A DNA stretch of 64,000 nucleotides from Ignavibacteriota bacterium (GTDB lineage Bacteria > Bacteroidota > Ignavibacteria > UBA10030), in assembly GCA_963701295.1 (NCBI GenBank), contig OY969585.1, positions 2,464,001-2,528,000 of the forward strand, in the 5' to 3' direction. A program made the translations under genes and the position numbers. The first letter of the stretch is position 1; each line of letters opens with the position of its first letter. Positions 39,221 through 49,678 of the stretch are shown here, piece after piece. Below the pieces are notes generated by a model that was not told the origin of the DNA, did not search any database, and saw only the letters and a program-made list of their open reading frames with translations.

Positions 39221-39270
39221 AAGCGAAACAAGGCTCCCAGGCTCTAACACTGAGCGTTTCAACCTTTCGG
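39221..39270 (-). ncRNA. Conserved structured leader element upstream of tRNA-Arg (copy 2)
   Basis: Minus strand CCGAAAGGTTGAAACGC...TGTTTCGCT. Confidence 0.45.
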
Positions 39271-40726
39271 TTCATTTACATTCGTTTTTGGAAGTGTGTT
39301 TCTTTAATGAACTAATAATATACCAAATGATAAAAGTGAATTCAAGTTTTTTAATCATTGCAAGAGTAAATTTTACAATAACAAGCAATCTCATTTATAA
39401 AGAAGAACTAAGGGCTAGTGCAGGAAAGATAACATAATTCAATAGTCGTTATCCAAGCACCTTCTGTAATACCACGCGCGACCATTTACCACATTCCGGT
39501 ACTCGTTTGCCATTTTTTTCTGATCCATTTGTGATCCTTTGCGACCCTTTCGCCATCCCGTCACAACGCTCTTTAGGCATCTGACGAGATGGCAAGACGA
39601 TCATATAGGACAAAAGAATATCCAGAAAAATTCTGGCTAAACCTCTTTCCATTTCGGTTTAGATTGATTTCTCTCCTATATCGAAGTTGAAACTCCTGTA
39701 AGGTTTAAAAACGGGTCCCATATTTAATAGTTCGTCATTGTAAAGCGTCCTATGGCATGTCTTGGCGGTGGCGAAGATTTCCAATATCTCAAGGATGTTG
39801 GTTCAAACAGATCCAGTTTCGTTCGTGAAATTGTCGAACAAAATAATCTGCTCATACAGAAACTCAATTCGTTGATAGGAGAGGGTATGCCATTCTAAGT
39901 CCATCCCTACCAACGCTTATCAGTAAGAAAGCGTCGTGTGCGGTTTGTTAGTTGCAGTTGCCCATTACCTCGGCAATACATATTTCTTTGTCTCTATAAA
40001 AACCGCCAGCTTTCAATTGATAGAAATACACGCCATGTGCGAAATATTTGCTTCGAAAACAACCGAGTGTCCACATGGATATTGATTCTCGTCTACAAAT
40101 GTCTTGGCTAATTTTCTAAATCCGATAATTTAAATTGATTATCACTTTTTTATGCAACAACGGTGTATTTAAATAAAAGATAAAATAACTTGACTTTTTA
40201 GAAAAGCCTTCATATTTTCGACCCATAAAATCGTTTCAATAATATATGAATCAGTTCAATAGGGGAAAGTTTTTTATAAGTGTTTGGTTTCACGTGTCAC
40301 TTCAGAGAGACATGTAAGAGGCAAAATTTTTCAGAGGAGGTTCTACTCTATCAAAATGTTTCTGTGTTTTTAAAGTACGCCAAGAATATACGTATTGACA
40401 AATAGTAAGACATGAGAAAGATCGATATCTGTTCGTGGAGGATAGTGCATGATAACAAGAATCGATTAGGCTTCAGAAAGCGGGGAGAAATTAAAATTTG
40501 ATATAACTTTTTTCGAGAGCTTTTATCATCTTTTATATATGTGCTTGATTGTTGATGAGATCACATGGCTATCATGAGGTGTATATCCTTCTGAAATTAT
40601 TTACGCAATTTTGAGTTCTCATAGGGGAGGATGATAGCTTGCTGTTTTTTTCTCAGTTAGGAAACGCTGAATAACTATCGCTTAGGGATGATAATAGTAT
40701 ACTTAAACTGAAAGGAGACATCGGCT

Positions 40727-43700
40727 ATGCAGCAACTGAAAAAGGTGGCAACGATTATTCTGTTGTTACTATCATCGGTCTCGCCGTTGTGGTCAGGCAC
40801 GACCGGAAAGGTTGCCGGGAAAGTAGAGGAGAAGGGAAATGGTGAACCTGTAATAGGCGCCACTATTATAATTGCAGGAACATCTCTGGGAGCGGCAACA
40901 GACATCGATGGTCATTTTACGATATTGAATGTTCCACCAGGGACATTCAATATTCAAGTCTCATTTGTCGGTTATAGGAAGGTTATTGTAAGCAATGTTC
41001 GAGTGTTCATTGATCAGACCGCACTCCTCGATATTTCTATGGAACCCGAAGCTATCGAAGTAAATCCAATGATAGTTGTCGGCGACCGATTGACTATCAA
41101 GAAGGATGTGGCAACCAGCGTTGCATCGGTTTCGGATAAAGACGTTTCATCTCTCCCAATTGACAATGTCGTGAGTGCTGTCGGTTTGCAGGCAGGTGTT
41201 CGTGGAGGTTGGTCTTCTAATCCAGCTACCGTTGTTGCTCCCAGTTATATTTCCGGCCCAAATGGTTATGTTCGTGGAAAAGTCAGCGTTCAAGGAGATT
41301 TGACTATCCGCGGTGGAGAAGGGGATAATATTCTTTTCATGGTAGATGGCGTCACGATGCGTGATCCGAGAAATAATGAGCCGACAACTAATTTGGCACT
41401 GAGTGCTGTAAATGAAATTTCTGTTGAACGAGGTGGATTCAATGCAGAGTACGGTCAGGTACGGTCGGGAATAATTAATGTCGTGACGAAAGAAGGGAAT
41501 AAACAAAGTTACTCAGGAAGCATACAAGGAAGAATAAGTCCTCCTGCACCTAAATATTGGAATGGTGACGGCATACCCGATGTGCATGATCCGAACTCAT
41601 ATTTCATGCGCCCTTTTTTCGATCCGAATGTATGCTGGACAGGAACAGCTCATCCTGTAGATCCGACGAAGTGGGATAAATATACACTTACCAAATATCC
41701 CGTATTCTCTGGTTGGAATGCGATTTCACAACAACTTTGTTCGGATAATAATCCGAATAATAACCTGACCCCTCTAGGTTGTCAACAGGTTTTTGAATAT
41801 GAAACGCGAAAGAATTTGCCAAATAATCAGCCGGATTACGATATTGATGGCGGTTTTGGCGGACCAGTTCCATTTGTTAGTGAAGCGCTTGGAAACTTAC
41901 GATTCTTTACTTCTTTTCGAACAACGCGCACCATGCTTCTATTCCCGCTTTCACGACCTGATTATAGTGATTACAACGGGACTTTGCAATTCATTACAGA
42001 TATTACTCCAACGATGAAATTGAGGCTTTCAGGTATGGTTGGAAAAGAATATACAATAAGAGCTAACTCGGACGGCAACGGTACCTACCAGTACCTCCAG
42101 AATCCAGCAGACATTGCTGCCCAAGCTCTTGGATGGACTTCAACTGAGAATTATATTCGTTTATTTTCAGATTATGCTTTCTGTACTAGTGACATTGGAA
42201 ATCAATCTGTTTCAGCTAAGTTGACACATAACTTTGGTTCTAATTCGTATTATGAAGTATCCATCGCACAGTTCAGGCGTGATTACAATACACAACCAAT
42301 TGCATTGCGAGACACATCTCAGAAGACTGAAATTCTGCCTGGCTTTTGGGAGGATAGCAATCCATTCGGTTATTGGCCCGATCAAAGTATCCCGCAAGGT
42401 ATTATAGTATACGGCGGGCAAAATTTAGCCAAGCCTCGCGATTTTACAGTTGTGAACTCAACGACGATAAAAGCTGATTATTGCAGTCAGGTGAATTTTC
42501 AGAACCTGGTGAAAGGGGGAATCGAGTTTGTATATTATGATCTGAATTTCGACTATGGACTCATCGATCAATCTTCCGCAGGCAAGGCATATTCCAATCG
42601 TGTCCAAATGCGCACTTTTCCGATACAAGCCGCCGCCTATCTTCAAGATAAGTTGGAAGAAAAAGGGTTCACTGTGAATCTGGGTTTACGATTGGATTAC
42701 AGTAATCCCAGAACTAATTGGTGGAATGTGGATCCGTACGACATAGCTTTTTTTGAGCCTACTGGTAATGATCTCAGCAACATATCACCAACAGAGCCAC
42801 CCAAAGAACAATGGGAATTGAGTCCACGCTTAGGGATTGCCCACCCAATTTCTGAAAACTCAAAATTGTTTTTTAATTATGGTCACTTTACAGAATTGCC
42901 CCAGTATGAAAGTATGTTTCGTGTTGAACGGAACACAGTGAATCAAGTGACAAGTTTTGGAGATCCTAATCTCACGCTCGCAAAAACGACATCTTACGAA
43001 TTGGGCTTCGACAACATTTTGTTCGAAGATTACTTACTTCAAATTGCAGCATTTTATAATGATGTTACTGATCAACAAGATTTTACTCAATACATCTCGT
43101 CAAGCGGCGGGTTTAATTACTATGCATCCACGTCGAATAATTATGAGGATATTCGAGGATTTGAAATCACGCTTCGAAAGACGAATGGACGGTGGTGGTC
43201 AGGGTTTGCCAATTATACTTATCAAGTGAGTAGCAGCGGGCATTTTGGACATGCACAGCAGTTTGACAATGCCCAGTTACAACAAGAATATAACGATGAA
43301 ACAATAAATCTATACCAGGACCGGCCAATTCCCGCACCGTATGCAAGACTCAATTTTAGTCTGTATACACCGGACGATTGGGGTCCTACTGTTCTTGGAA
43401 ATAAGATATTAGGTGGTTTTAGACTCAACACCGTTTTAGACTGGCAGGCAGGGAATTGGACAACCTTTAATCCGAATAACATCGCTTCCATCGCATACAA
43501 TGTTGAGACAGTAGATTTCTTTAATACAACATTGAGAATTGAGAAAACGGTATCCTTCGGAAAATTCAGTGCAAAATTATTCGTTGACATCAATAATTTG
43601 TTCAACACGCTGAGATTATCCAATACCAGTGACCTTGACTATATGTACTCGCTTCACTTACCAGCGAGTAAAGCGTATGCCAATATTCCTGGAGATGATA

Positions 43701-44023
43701 AGGTGGGAGATTACCGAACGCCAGGTGTGGATTGGCAGCCTGAAGTGTACCAATATGAAATCCAGAAAAATGACGGCAGCTATACAGTTGCTCCTGATGA
43801 TGAACGTGCGATTTTTTACGAAGGAAAGAGCGGGAAATACTGGAGGGTGAATAAAGATCAAAACACAGGAAATACCTCATGGGCGCAGGTTGATCAAGCG
43901 ACAATCAACCAGATTAATAAAGATAAAGCATATATTAATATGCCGAGTATTTCTACCTTTTGGTTCTTAAATCCACGTCAAATCTTTTTCGGTCTAAAGG
44001 TATCATTTGATTTAGGCCAATAA
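40727..44023 (+). CDS. TonB-dependent receptor with carboxypeptidase-regulatory-like N-domain
   Basis: GTTGKVAG..GEPVIGA, IRGG, GGFNAEYG..SGIINVVTK, SPRLG, NPRQIFFG. Confidence 0.93.
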   Translation: MQQLKKVATIILLLLSSVSPLWSGTTGKVAGKVEEKGNGEPVIGATIIIAGTSLGAATDIDGHFTILNVPPGTFNIQVSFVGYRKVIVSNVRVFIDQTALLDISMEPEAIEVNPMIVVGDRLTIKKDVATSVASVSDKDVSSLPIDNVVSAVGLQAGVRGGWSSNPATVVAPSYISGPNGYVRGKVSVQGDLTIRGGEGDNILFMVDGVTMRDPRNNEPTTNLALSAVNEISVERGGFNAEYGQVRSGIINVVTKEGNKQSYSGSIQGRISPPAPKYWNGDGIPDVHDPNSYFMRPFFDPNVCWTGTAHPVDPTKWDKYTLTKYPVFSGWNAISQQLCSDNNPNNNLTPLGCQQVFEYETRKNLPNNQPDYDIDGGFGGPVPFVSEALGNLRFFTSFRTTRTMLLFPLSRPDYSDYNGTLQFITDITPTMKLRLSGMVGKEYTIRANSDGNGTYQYLQNPADIAAQALGWTSTENYIRLFSDYAFCTSDIGNQSVSAKLTHNFGSNSYYEVSIAQFRRDYNTQPIALRDTSQKTEILPGFWEDSNPFGYWPDQSIPQGIIVYGGQNLAKPRDFTVVNSTTIKADYCSQVNFQNLVKGGIEFVYYDLNFDYGLIDQSSAGKAYSNRVQMRTFPIQAAAYLQDKLEEKGFTVNLGLRLDYSNPRTNWWNVDPYDIAFFEPTGNDLSNISPTEPPKEQWELSPRLGIAHPISENSKLFFNYGHFTELPQYESMFRVERNTVNQVTSFGDPNLTLAKTTSYELGFDNILFEDYLLQIAAFYNDVTDQQDFTQYISSSGGFNYYASTSNNYEDIRGFEITLRKTNGRWWSGFANYTYQVSSSGHFGHAQQFDNAQLQQEYNDETINLYQDRPIPAPYARLNFSLYTPDDWGPTVLGNKILGGFRLNTVLDWQAGNWTTFNPNNIASIAYNVETVDFFNTTLRIEKTVSFGKFSAKLFVDINNLFNTLRLSNTSDLDYMYSLHLPASKAYANIPGDDKVGDYRTPGVDWQPEVYQYEIQKNDGSYTVAPDDERAIFYEGKSGKYWRVNKDQNTGNTSWAQVDQATINQINKDKAYINMPSISTFWFLNPRQIFFGLKVSFDLGQ

Positions 44024-44042
44024 AAAACAATCAGAGATAGCC

Positions 44043-46504
44043 ATGAAAAAACAAATTATAAAAACGAGAAATAAATTTTCAATACTCATCGTAGGGCTAC
44101 TGATCATGTGCTCGGTTCATAATACCTTTGCTCAACGTATCAGATGGCTCGGCATCACACAATTGCAATCGCAGATTAATGAAATCGGTGCAGAATATGA
44201 ACTGGAGTTTTCGCAAGGAAGCATTTTCGATTTTTATGCATGGCCTGTCCAATATGGCATTGGCCAGACTACCTGCCGGATGAATGCACTCTGGATTGGA
44301 TCCAGGAATTTTGACGATCCTGTCGAGGGTGACATAAAGAGTGTCAAAGTAATCGGGTCGGGTCCTCGTAATGCTCTGGATCGTGTTAACGAGATTTTTG
44401 AACAAGATTTAAAATTGTTTGGAAGAACCAAGCATCCAATGATTACCGTCGATAATAAAAATGCCAGTGCGATAGATTCATATGACAAAGTAGATGTTCT
44501 GGATCCGAATCTTGAGGCCGACCGAATGGTTCAGGTAATATTCAACACTTCTATCGGGGTTTCAGTTACGAAAAAAGTAATGGCTTTTGATTCTCCATAC
44601 CATGATAGCTACTTCATTTACGATTATGTGTTCAAGAACACAGGTATTTATGATCGAGCTGGAGATGTCAAACAACAGACACTGACGAATGTCTATTTTT
44701 ATTGGATGTATCGAAATGCACTTGCCGGTGTGTCGTGCAACGGTGCGTCATCCACATGGGGAGCTTTTGGCTCTACGTGGGGAAATAGTACACTCAATCA
44801 CGCATTCGGCGAGAATCCACTTGCTCCTGGTTTTGATATGAGGGGATTCTACTCATATTACAGCCCAGTTCCTAATCGAACGAGTACTTATGATGCAGAC
44901 TGGGGATGTCCCAACATATCCGGAGATGGGATGCTGGGTTCTTCAATGTACACTGGTTGCGCAACACTCCACGCCGATAAAAGTGCAACAGATACCACGG
45001 ATGATCTCAATCAGCCGACGACCACATGGTATATCGGCTCCGATATCAATATCATGCAGCAAAACGTCAGTCAATACAATGAAAGTTTTATGCAGGATCG
45101 ATATAATTGCATGAGTGAAGGACATCCAACGCAGCAACATGATGACATGATTTTTTCTCAGGTACAGACTATTTCGCTATAACCTATTCAGATCCGAGAA
45201 GACAAACAGGGGGAGGTGTTAGTCAGGGTCAGGGATATGGTCCTTACACGATTCCTTTTGGTGATAGCATTCATATAGTATTTGCTGAAGGAGTAAATGG
45301 GATATCATGGGAAAAAGCCCGAGAGATCGGAGCCAAGTGGCTTCAGTGGAATAATTCTGGTGCAGGTCCCACTCTTATCATGCCAGATGGAAGTACCACA
45401 ACAGATTATAATGCGTATAAAAAAACATGGTGTTTCACAGGGAAAGATTCTATGATGCAAATGTTTCATCGTGCTCTGCGAAATTATAAATTAGGCTATA
45501 AAATTCCTCATCCACCTCCTCCACCGCAACAATTTACAGTTGCTTCCGGTGGTGACCGGATTTCGCTTTCATGGTCAAATAATGCTGAAAGCTCATCTCA
45601 CTTCAATGGCTATGTGATTTACAGATCTCGAGGTAACGTGTTAGATTGGACAAGCGTTTATGAAAAAATCTTTGAATGTGACAAATCAAATGTGGTACAC
45701 AATTTTGATGATTTGACCGCGCTTCGAGGATTTGATTATTATTATTACATCCAATCGAAGGATGACGGAACACAAAATGATATCGCACCTGGTGTTCCAC
45801 TCACAAGCAGTTTGTTCTGGACGGTGACGAGCGTGCCTGCAACCCTTCAACGGCCTGCTGTTACTGCACCCCCCAAAGAACCGGTTGTAGATACTGTCAA
45901 CTGGAAACCGACAGTAGCGAAGGGTGTCTGGGATTCAACTGTGATCGGAGGCTATTATTTTGCATATAATACGGTAACCTATAATAATTCGGAATATGTT
46001 TGCCTTCGGGATAGTACGCCAGGAATGATGCCGGGAAAACCGAAAGGTACATTCTATGCGAACTTTCCGGATACTTCTGTTTCTTGGAAACCAATAATTT
46101 CTAAGGGAGCATGGGTTTTCGGATCTGCTTACAGAAAATATAGTTATGTAACAGATAAAGGTGGGGTTTATGTTTGTGTGAATGATTTAGCTGCAGGTTC
46201 TATGTTGGAACAAGTGAGGGTTGTGCCTAATCCGTATGATATCCGCTCTCGCGTGTTTCAATTTGGTGCACAATCACAGTATGACCGCATAGCTTTTTAT
46301 GGACTTCCCCCGACCTGCAAATTGATGATTTTCACTGAACGGGGAGATAAAATTTGGGTGAAAGATCATACGAATGGTACAGGTGATGAACTCTGGGATT
46401 CACAAACGTCGTCGGGACAAATAATCGCAAGCGGCATTTATATTCTCTACGTCGAAGTTCCCGGAGGTGGTTCAGTAATACGTAAATTTGTGGTCATCAG
46501 GTGA
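44043..46504 (+). pseudogene. Large secreted protein split by a frameshift at a T6 run (ORFs 44043-45182 and 45380-46504)
   Basis: Frame of the second ORF is open from 45146; one extra T at 45151-45156 fuses them; ends with VVPNPY..SGIYI..KFVVIR. Confidence 0.8.
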
Positions 46505-46515
46505 GGAGAAGACCA

Positions 46516-47577
46516 ATGAAGAAAATAATAGGTAGTTTCATCGTTATGTTTCTTGTGTGCTGCCTGACCATAACAATCGGGAATGCACAAGAGAATCAAA
46601 AGCTTGCACAGACCGGATTTCAATTTTTGAGCGTTGTTTCGGACGCACGAGGCGCAGCGATGGGCGAAGCGATGACAAGCCTTCAGACGACAGCCTCAAG
46701 CTCGTTGTTCTTCAATCCAGCCGGGATGACTGAGATGAAGAATTTTGTGGATGCAACAGCAAGCGTTAACGAGTGGATTGCGAATATTAAGCACTACATG
46801 TTCAGCATAGCGATCAATCCGGCTGGAGGCAATCTCGGAACGTTTGGGTTGAGTGTACAAAGCGTGGATTATGGAGATTTCTACGGGACCGTTGTTGATC
46901 AGACATCGGATCTGGGGTACCGAGATACGGAGACATTCAAGTTGAATGCGATGGCGGTCGGTATTGGGTATGCTAAGCGACTGACAGATCAGTTTAGCAT
47001 TGGAGGGCAAGTAAGATTGATTCGGCAAGATTTGGGACCGAGCGTAATTCCAGTATATGGGCAGAAAGTTATGATCGACAGCACGGGAAAACAATATACG
47101 GTATATGATACGACCTCGACAACAGTGTCGAACAAGTTGATGCCGCTGGTATTCGATTTCGGGACGCAATTCAAAACTGGCATCAAGAGCTTGGTGTTCG
47201 GGATGTCGGTGAGGAATTTTTCAAAGCAAGTGGAATATGTTCAGGAAGGATTTCAGGCGCCGCTGGTATTTAACCTGGGAATCTCGATGAATTTGTTTGA
47301 TCTTCTGACAGATGTTCCGGAAAATCAATCGCTCTACATGAGTGTGGATGCGACTCATTACGTTGATCATCCTGAACAATTAAAAGTTGGGATCGAATAC
47401 AATTTCATGAACGTACTGAAATTGCGTGGTGGTTATGTGTCGAAGTCAGATTATGATGAGAGTTCGTTTTCCTACGGATTGGGATTGGCGATCGTGGGAT
47501 TTGAATTTGATTATGCGTATACGCCGTTTGGAGTGTTCAACAAGGTTCAGCGGATGACCGCACGATTTTCATATTGA
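46516..47577 (+). CDS. PorV/PorQ-family outer-membrane protein
   Basis: QFL....ARGAAMGEA, FFNPAG, FDYAY. Confidence 0.88.
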   Translation: MKKIIGSFIVMFLVCCLTITIGNAQENQKLAQTGFQFLSVVSDARGAAMGEAMTSLQTTASSSLFFNPAGMTEMKNFVDATASVNEWIANIKHYMFSIAINPAGGNLGTFGLSVQSVDYGDFYGTVVDQTSDLGYRDTETFKLNAMAVGIGYAKRLTDQFSIGGQVRLIRQDLGPSVIPVYGQKVMIDSTGKQYTVYDTTSTTVSNKLMPLVFDFGTQFKTGIKSLVFGMSVRNFSKQVEYVQEGFQAPLVFNLGISMNLFDLLTDVPENQSLYMSVDATHYVDHPEQLKVGIEYNFMNVLKLRGGYVSKSDYDESSFSYGLGLAIVGFEFDYAYTPFGVFNKVQRMTARFSY

Positions 47578-47597
47578 GATGAAGAAGGAGAAAGAGC

Positions 47598-48839
47598 ATG
47601 AAATTTAATAAATATGAAATAATTGTATCCTTGATGATCATCGCAATACTGGTTATCATTCCAGGGTGTGAGTTTAATGTCACACCGTCCCAGTGGGATC
47701 AAAGCTCCCATCAAGGGGTGATCGACAGTATCATGCAAATTGATCCTGCTCTCGAGGCAAAAGCAGGAGTTAATACAATTACGATAACTGGAAAAAATTT
47801 TGCGTCGCTGCCTGATTCAAATATCGTTTATGTTTCAAAGATGGATGGAGATAAAAGCACGGTGACTGCAGATATATTCTTTACATCTTCATCTTCCATC
47901 ACCATCTATCGTCCAAACATTGTTTCAGATTCCTGCAGGTTTGTCATAGTTTCTCCGAAATCTCTCGTTGTGGCACAATCGGGATTGTACAAAATCGATC
48001 CCGTTTTGGTGAAATATGGAGCATTCCTGGATAACAGGCCATTGGGTGTCGTTGCCGGAGATAAAGATGAAAATATTTACGTTGTTTATTCATCAGAAAA
48101 AACAATATATAAAGTTGCCTCCAATGGGCAAAAAACGCTATTAAAAACGCTGGCAATGTATCAACCGTATGGTGGTAAAATCGGGCCTGATGGAAAACTT
48201 TATTTGATGGAAAATAATAAGTCATCTCTTGATGTGATAGATGTTCAGGCAGATTCATCGTCACAATTTAATATTGGATCCAATGTTAAGTGCGGCGACT
48301 TCGATTCGCAAGGCAATCTTTTCGTTGCAGGTATTGGGAGCGATTTGGTAACAGTTGCTCCGGATCATACGGCTAAGCGCTCAGGTAATTTCCAACCTGA
48401 TGTGATTCTGGATGTTCGTGTATACAGTGATTACGTTTATGTTGTTGATAGCACGAAAAATCCCACAGCCACTAAACCTTCAAAATCTATCCAGCGTTGT
48501 AAAATCGATTATACGAATCATACGGTAGGAAGTCCGGAACTGGTGATCGATTGGACTACAACTGGGCAGTACGCATCTTGTTTGATAACAGGAATTACAT
48601 TTTCTTCAGATGGAAAAATGTATGTCGCGACTAATTCACCGGATCCGATTCTCATTGTTGATCTGAATACAAAAAACGTAAGTACTCTTTATAAAGATAT
48701 TTTGCCATCCCTATGCAAACAATTTTTTTGGGGGAATGGCACCTATCTCTATATGATAACGGGCAACACATCAAACCCGGCATTAGATTGGACACTGTAC
48801 CGAGTCGATACGGGAATCAACGGTACTCCATTCTATTAA
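47598..48839 (+). CDS. Lipoprotein with IPT/TIG domain and beta-propeller
   Basis: Lipobox IPGC, ITITGKNF, propeller-like repeats. Confidence 0.82.
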   Translation: MKFNKYEIIVSLMIIAILVIIPGCEFNVTPSQWDQSSHQGVIDSIMQIDPALEAKAGVNTITITGKNFASLPDSNIVYVSKMDGDKSTVTADIFFTSSSSITIYRPNIVSDSCRFVIVSPKSLVVAQSGLYKIDPVLVKYGAFLDNRPLGVVAGDKDENIYVVYSSEKTIYKVASNGQKTLLKTLAMYQPYGGKIGPDGKLYLMENNKSSLDVIDVQADSSSQFNIGSNVKCGDFDSQGNLFVAGIGSDLVTVAPDHTAKRSGNFQPDVILDVRVYSDYVYVVDSTKNPTATKPSKSIQRCKIDYTNHTVGSPELVIDWTTTGQYASCLITGITFSSDGKMYVATNSPDPILIVDLNTKNVSTLYKDILPSLCKQFFWGNGTYLYMITGNTSNPALDWTLYRVDTGINGTPFY

Positions 48840-48911
48840 GAAAAAAAAGAAAATATAGTCGATCTTTCTTTTTGAAGACCGACTTTATTTCATGCGACTT
48901 CTTACTGAACA

Positions 48912-49250
48912 TCACGAGTGTCTATAAGAGGCATCGAAATGCTCAGGTGTATAATTTGCAAGCAAAAAGTTGCCAATATATTTAATGAAATTCCGAAGAG
49001 ATGCCCTGTAGATTGCTACGGTTCCTTGAGAGAAGCTTCCCTCTGCATACGAAAGGAAATCGATAAGAAATTCAGATAAAAGCTTTCGCTTTGTCTTCTG
49101 CTTTCGCTCATAATCTTCCATTTTGACAGACTGAAGAAATCGAAGTGCGGCGAATTTGTATGTGCAATAATGTAGAGACCTTTTGCTTTTTCCTCGTTTG
49201 TTATAAAACCAGATGTAATGGACACCATCGGCATGCCTGGATAGAAATAT
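48912..49250 (-). pseudogene. Tyrosine integrase N-terminal remnant (start apparently mutated to ATA)
   Basis: GAGG RBS then IFLSRHADGVHYIWFY..AALRFLQ..LSEFLIDFLSY..T.AIY..SLRNF; truncated before the catalytic domain. Confidence 0.72.
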
Positions 49251-49342
49251 CGGAAACCTCGCTTTCTAAAGGCGAAAGGTAACCAACAAGGTAACTACTG
49301 AGGAAGAAAATACAGAAATCAGAATATATTTACGTTCGACTC

Positions 49343-49398
49343 ACAGCTTAGAAGCCAGCCGCTTTATCCAATTGAGCTATGGGTGCATTCTAATATTC
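49343..49398 (-). repeat. att-like partial tRNA-Arg (5' half plus upstream flank)
   Basis: TATCCAATTGAGCTA.GGGTGCATTCTAATATTC also at 39085-39118. Confidence 0.85.
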
Positions 49399-49678
49399 AA
49401 TGTCATTGAGTCTTGTCAGATAAGGGCGGGATTCTGAAAATTGCATCTCCTAGTATAAAACATTCGCAGGCAATTTTCGAACTACGAGTGCAGGGAAATT
49501 TATATTAGTATAACGATAAATCTCTTTTTTTGCAATTGAAAGTTGGAAAACAATTCTTGTTCTGGCTTTGTACGATATTTTTAAAAATGTAAAAAAAGGT
49601 GAGCTTGAAAGTTCATTCTTTTCTGATTTCTTCTTATCATGATACAGCAAATATAAAACAATTGGGAACATATCCACA

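Larger units (their letters stand above)
39107..49398. mobile_element. Degenerate genomic island integrated at the 5' part of tRNA-Arg
   Basis: Direct repeat of tRNA 5' half plus 12 bp upstream at 49343-49398, adjacent integrase remnant, GGTAACCAA..GTAACTA motif near both ends. Confidence 0.75.

Noticed and set aside
39752-39898. 48-codon ORF in the island
   Set aside because: No RBS or recognisable motif; possibly a gene remnant
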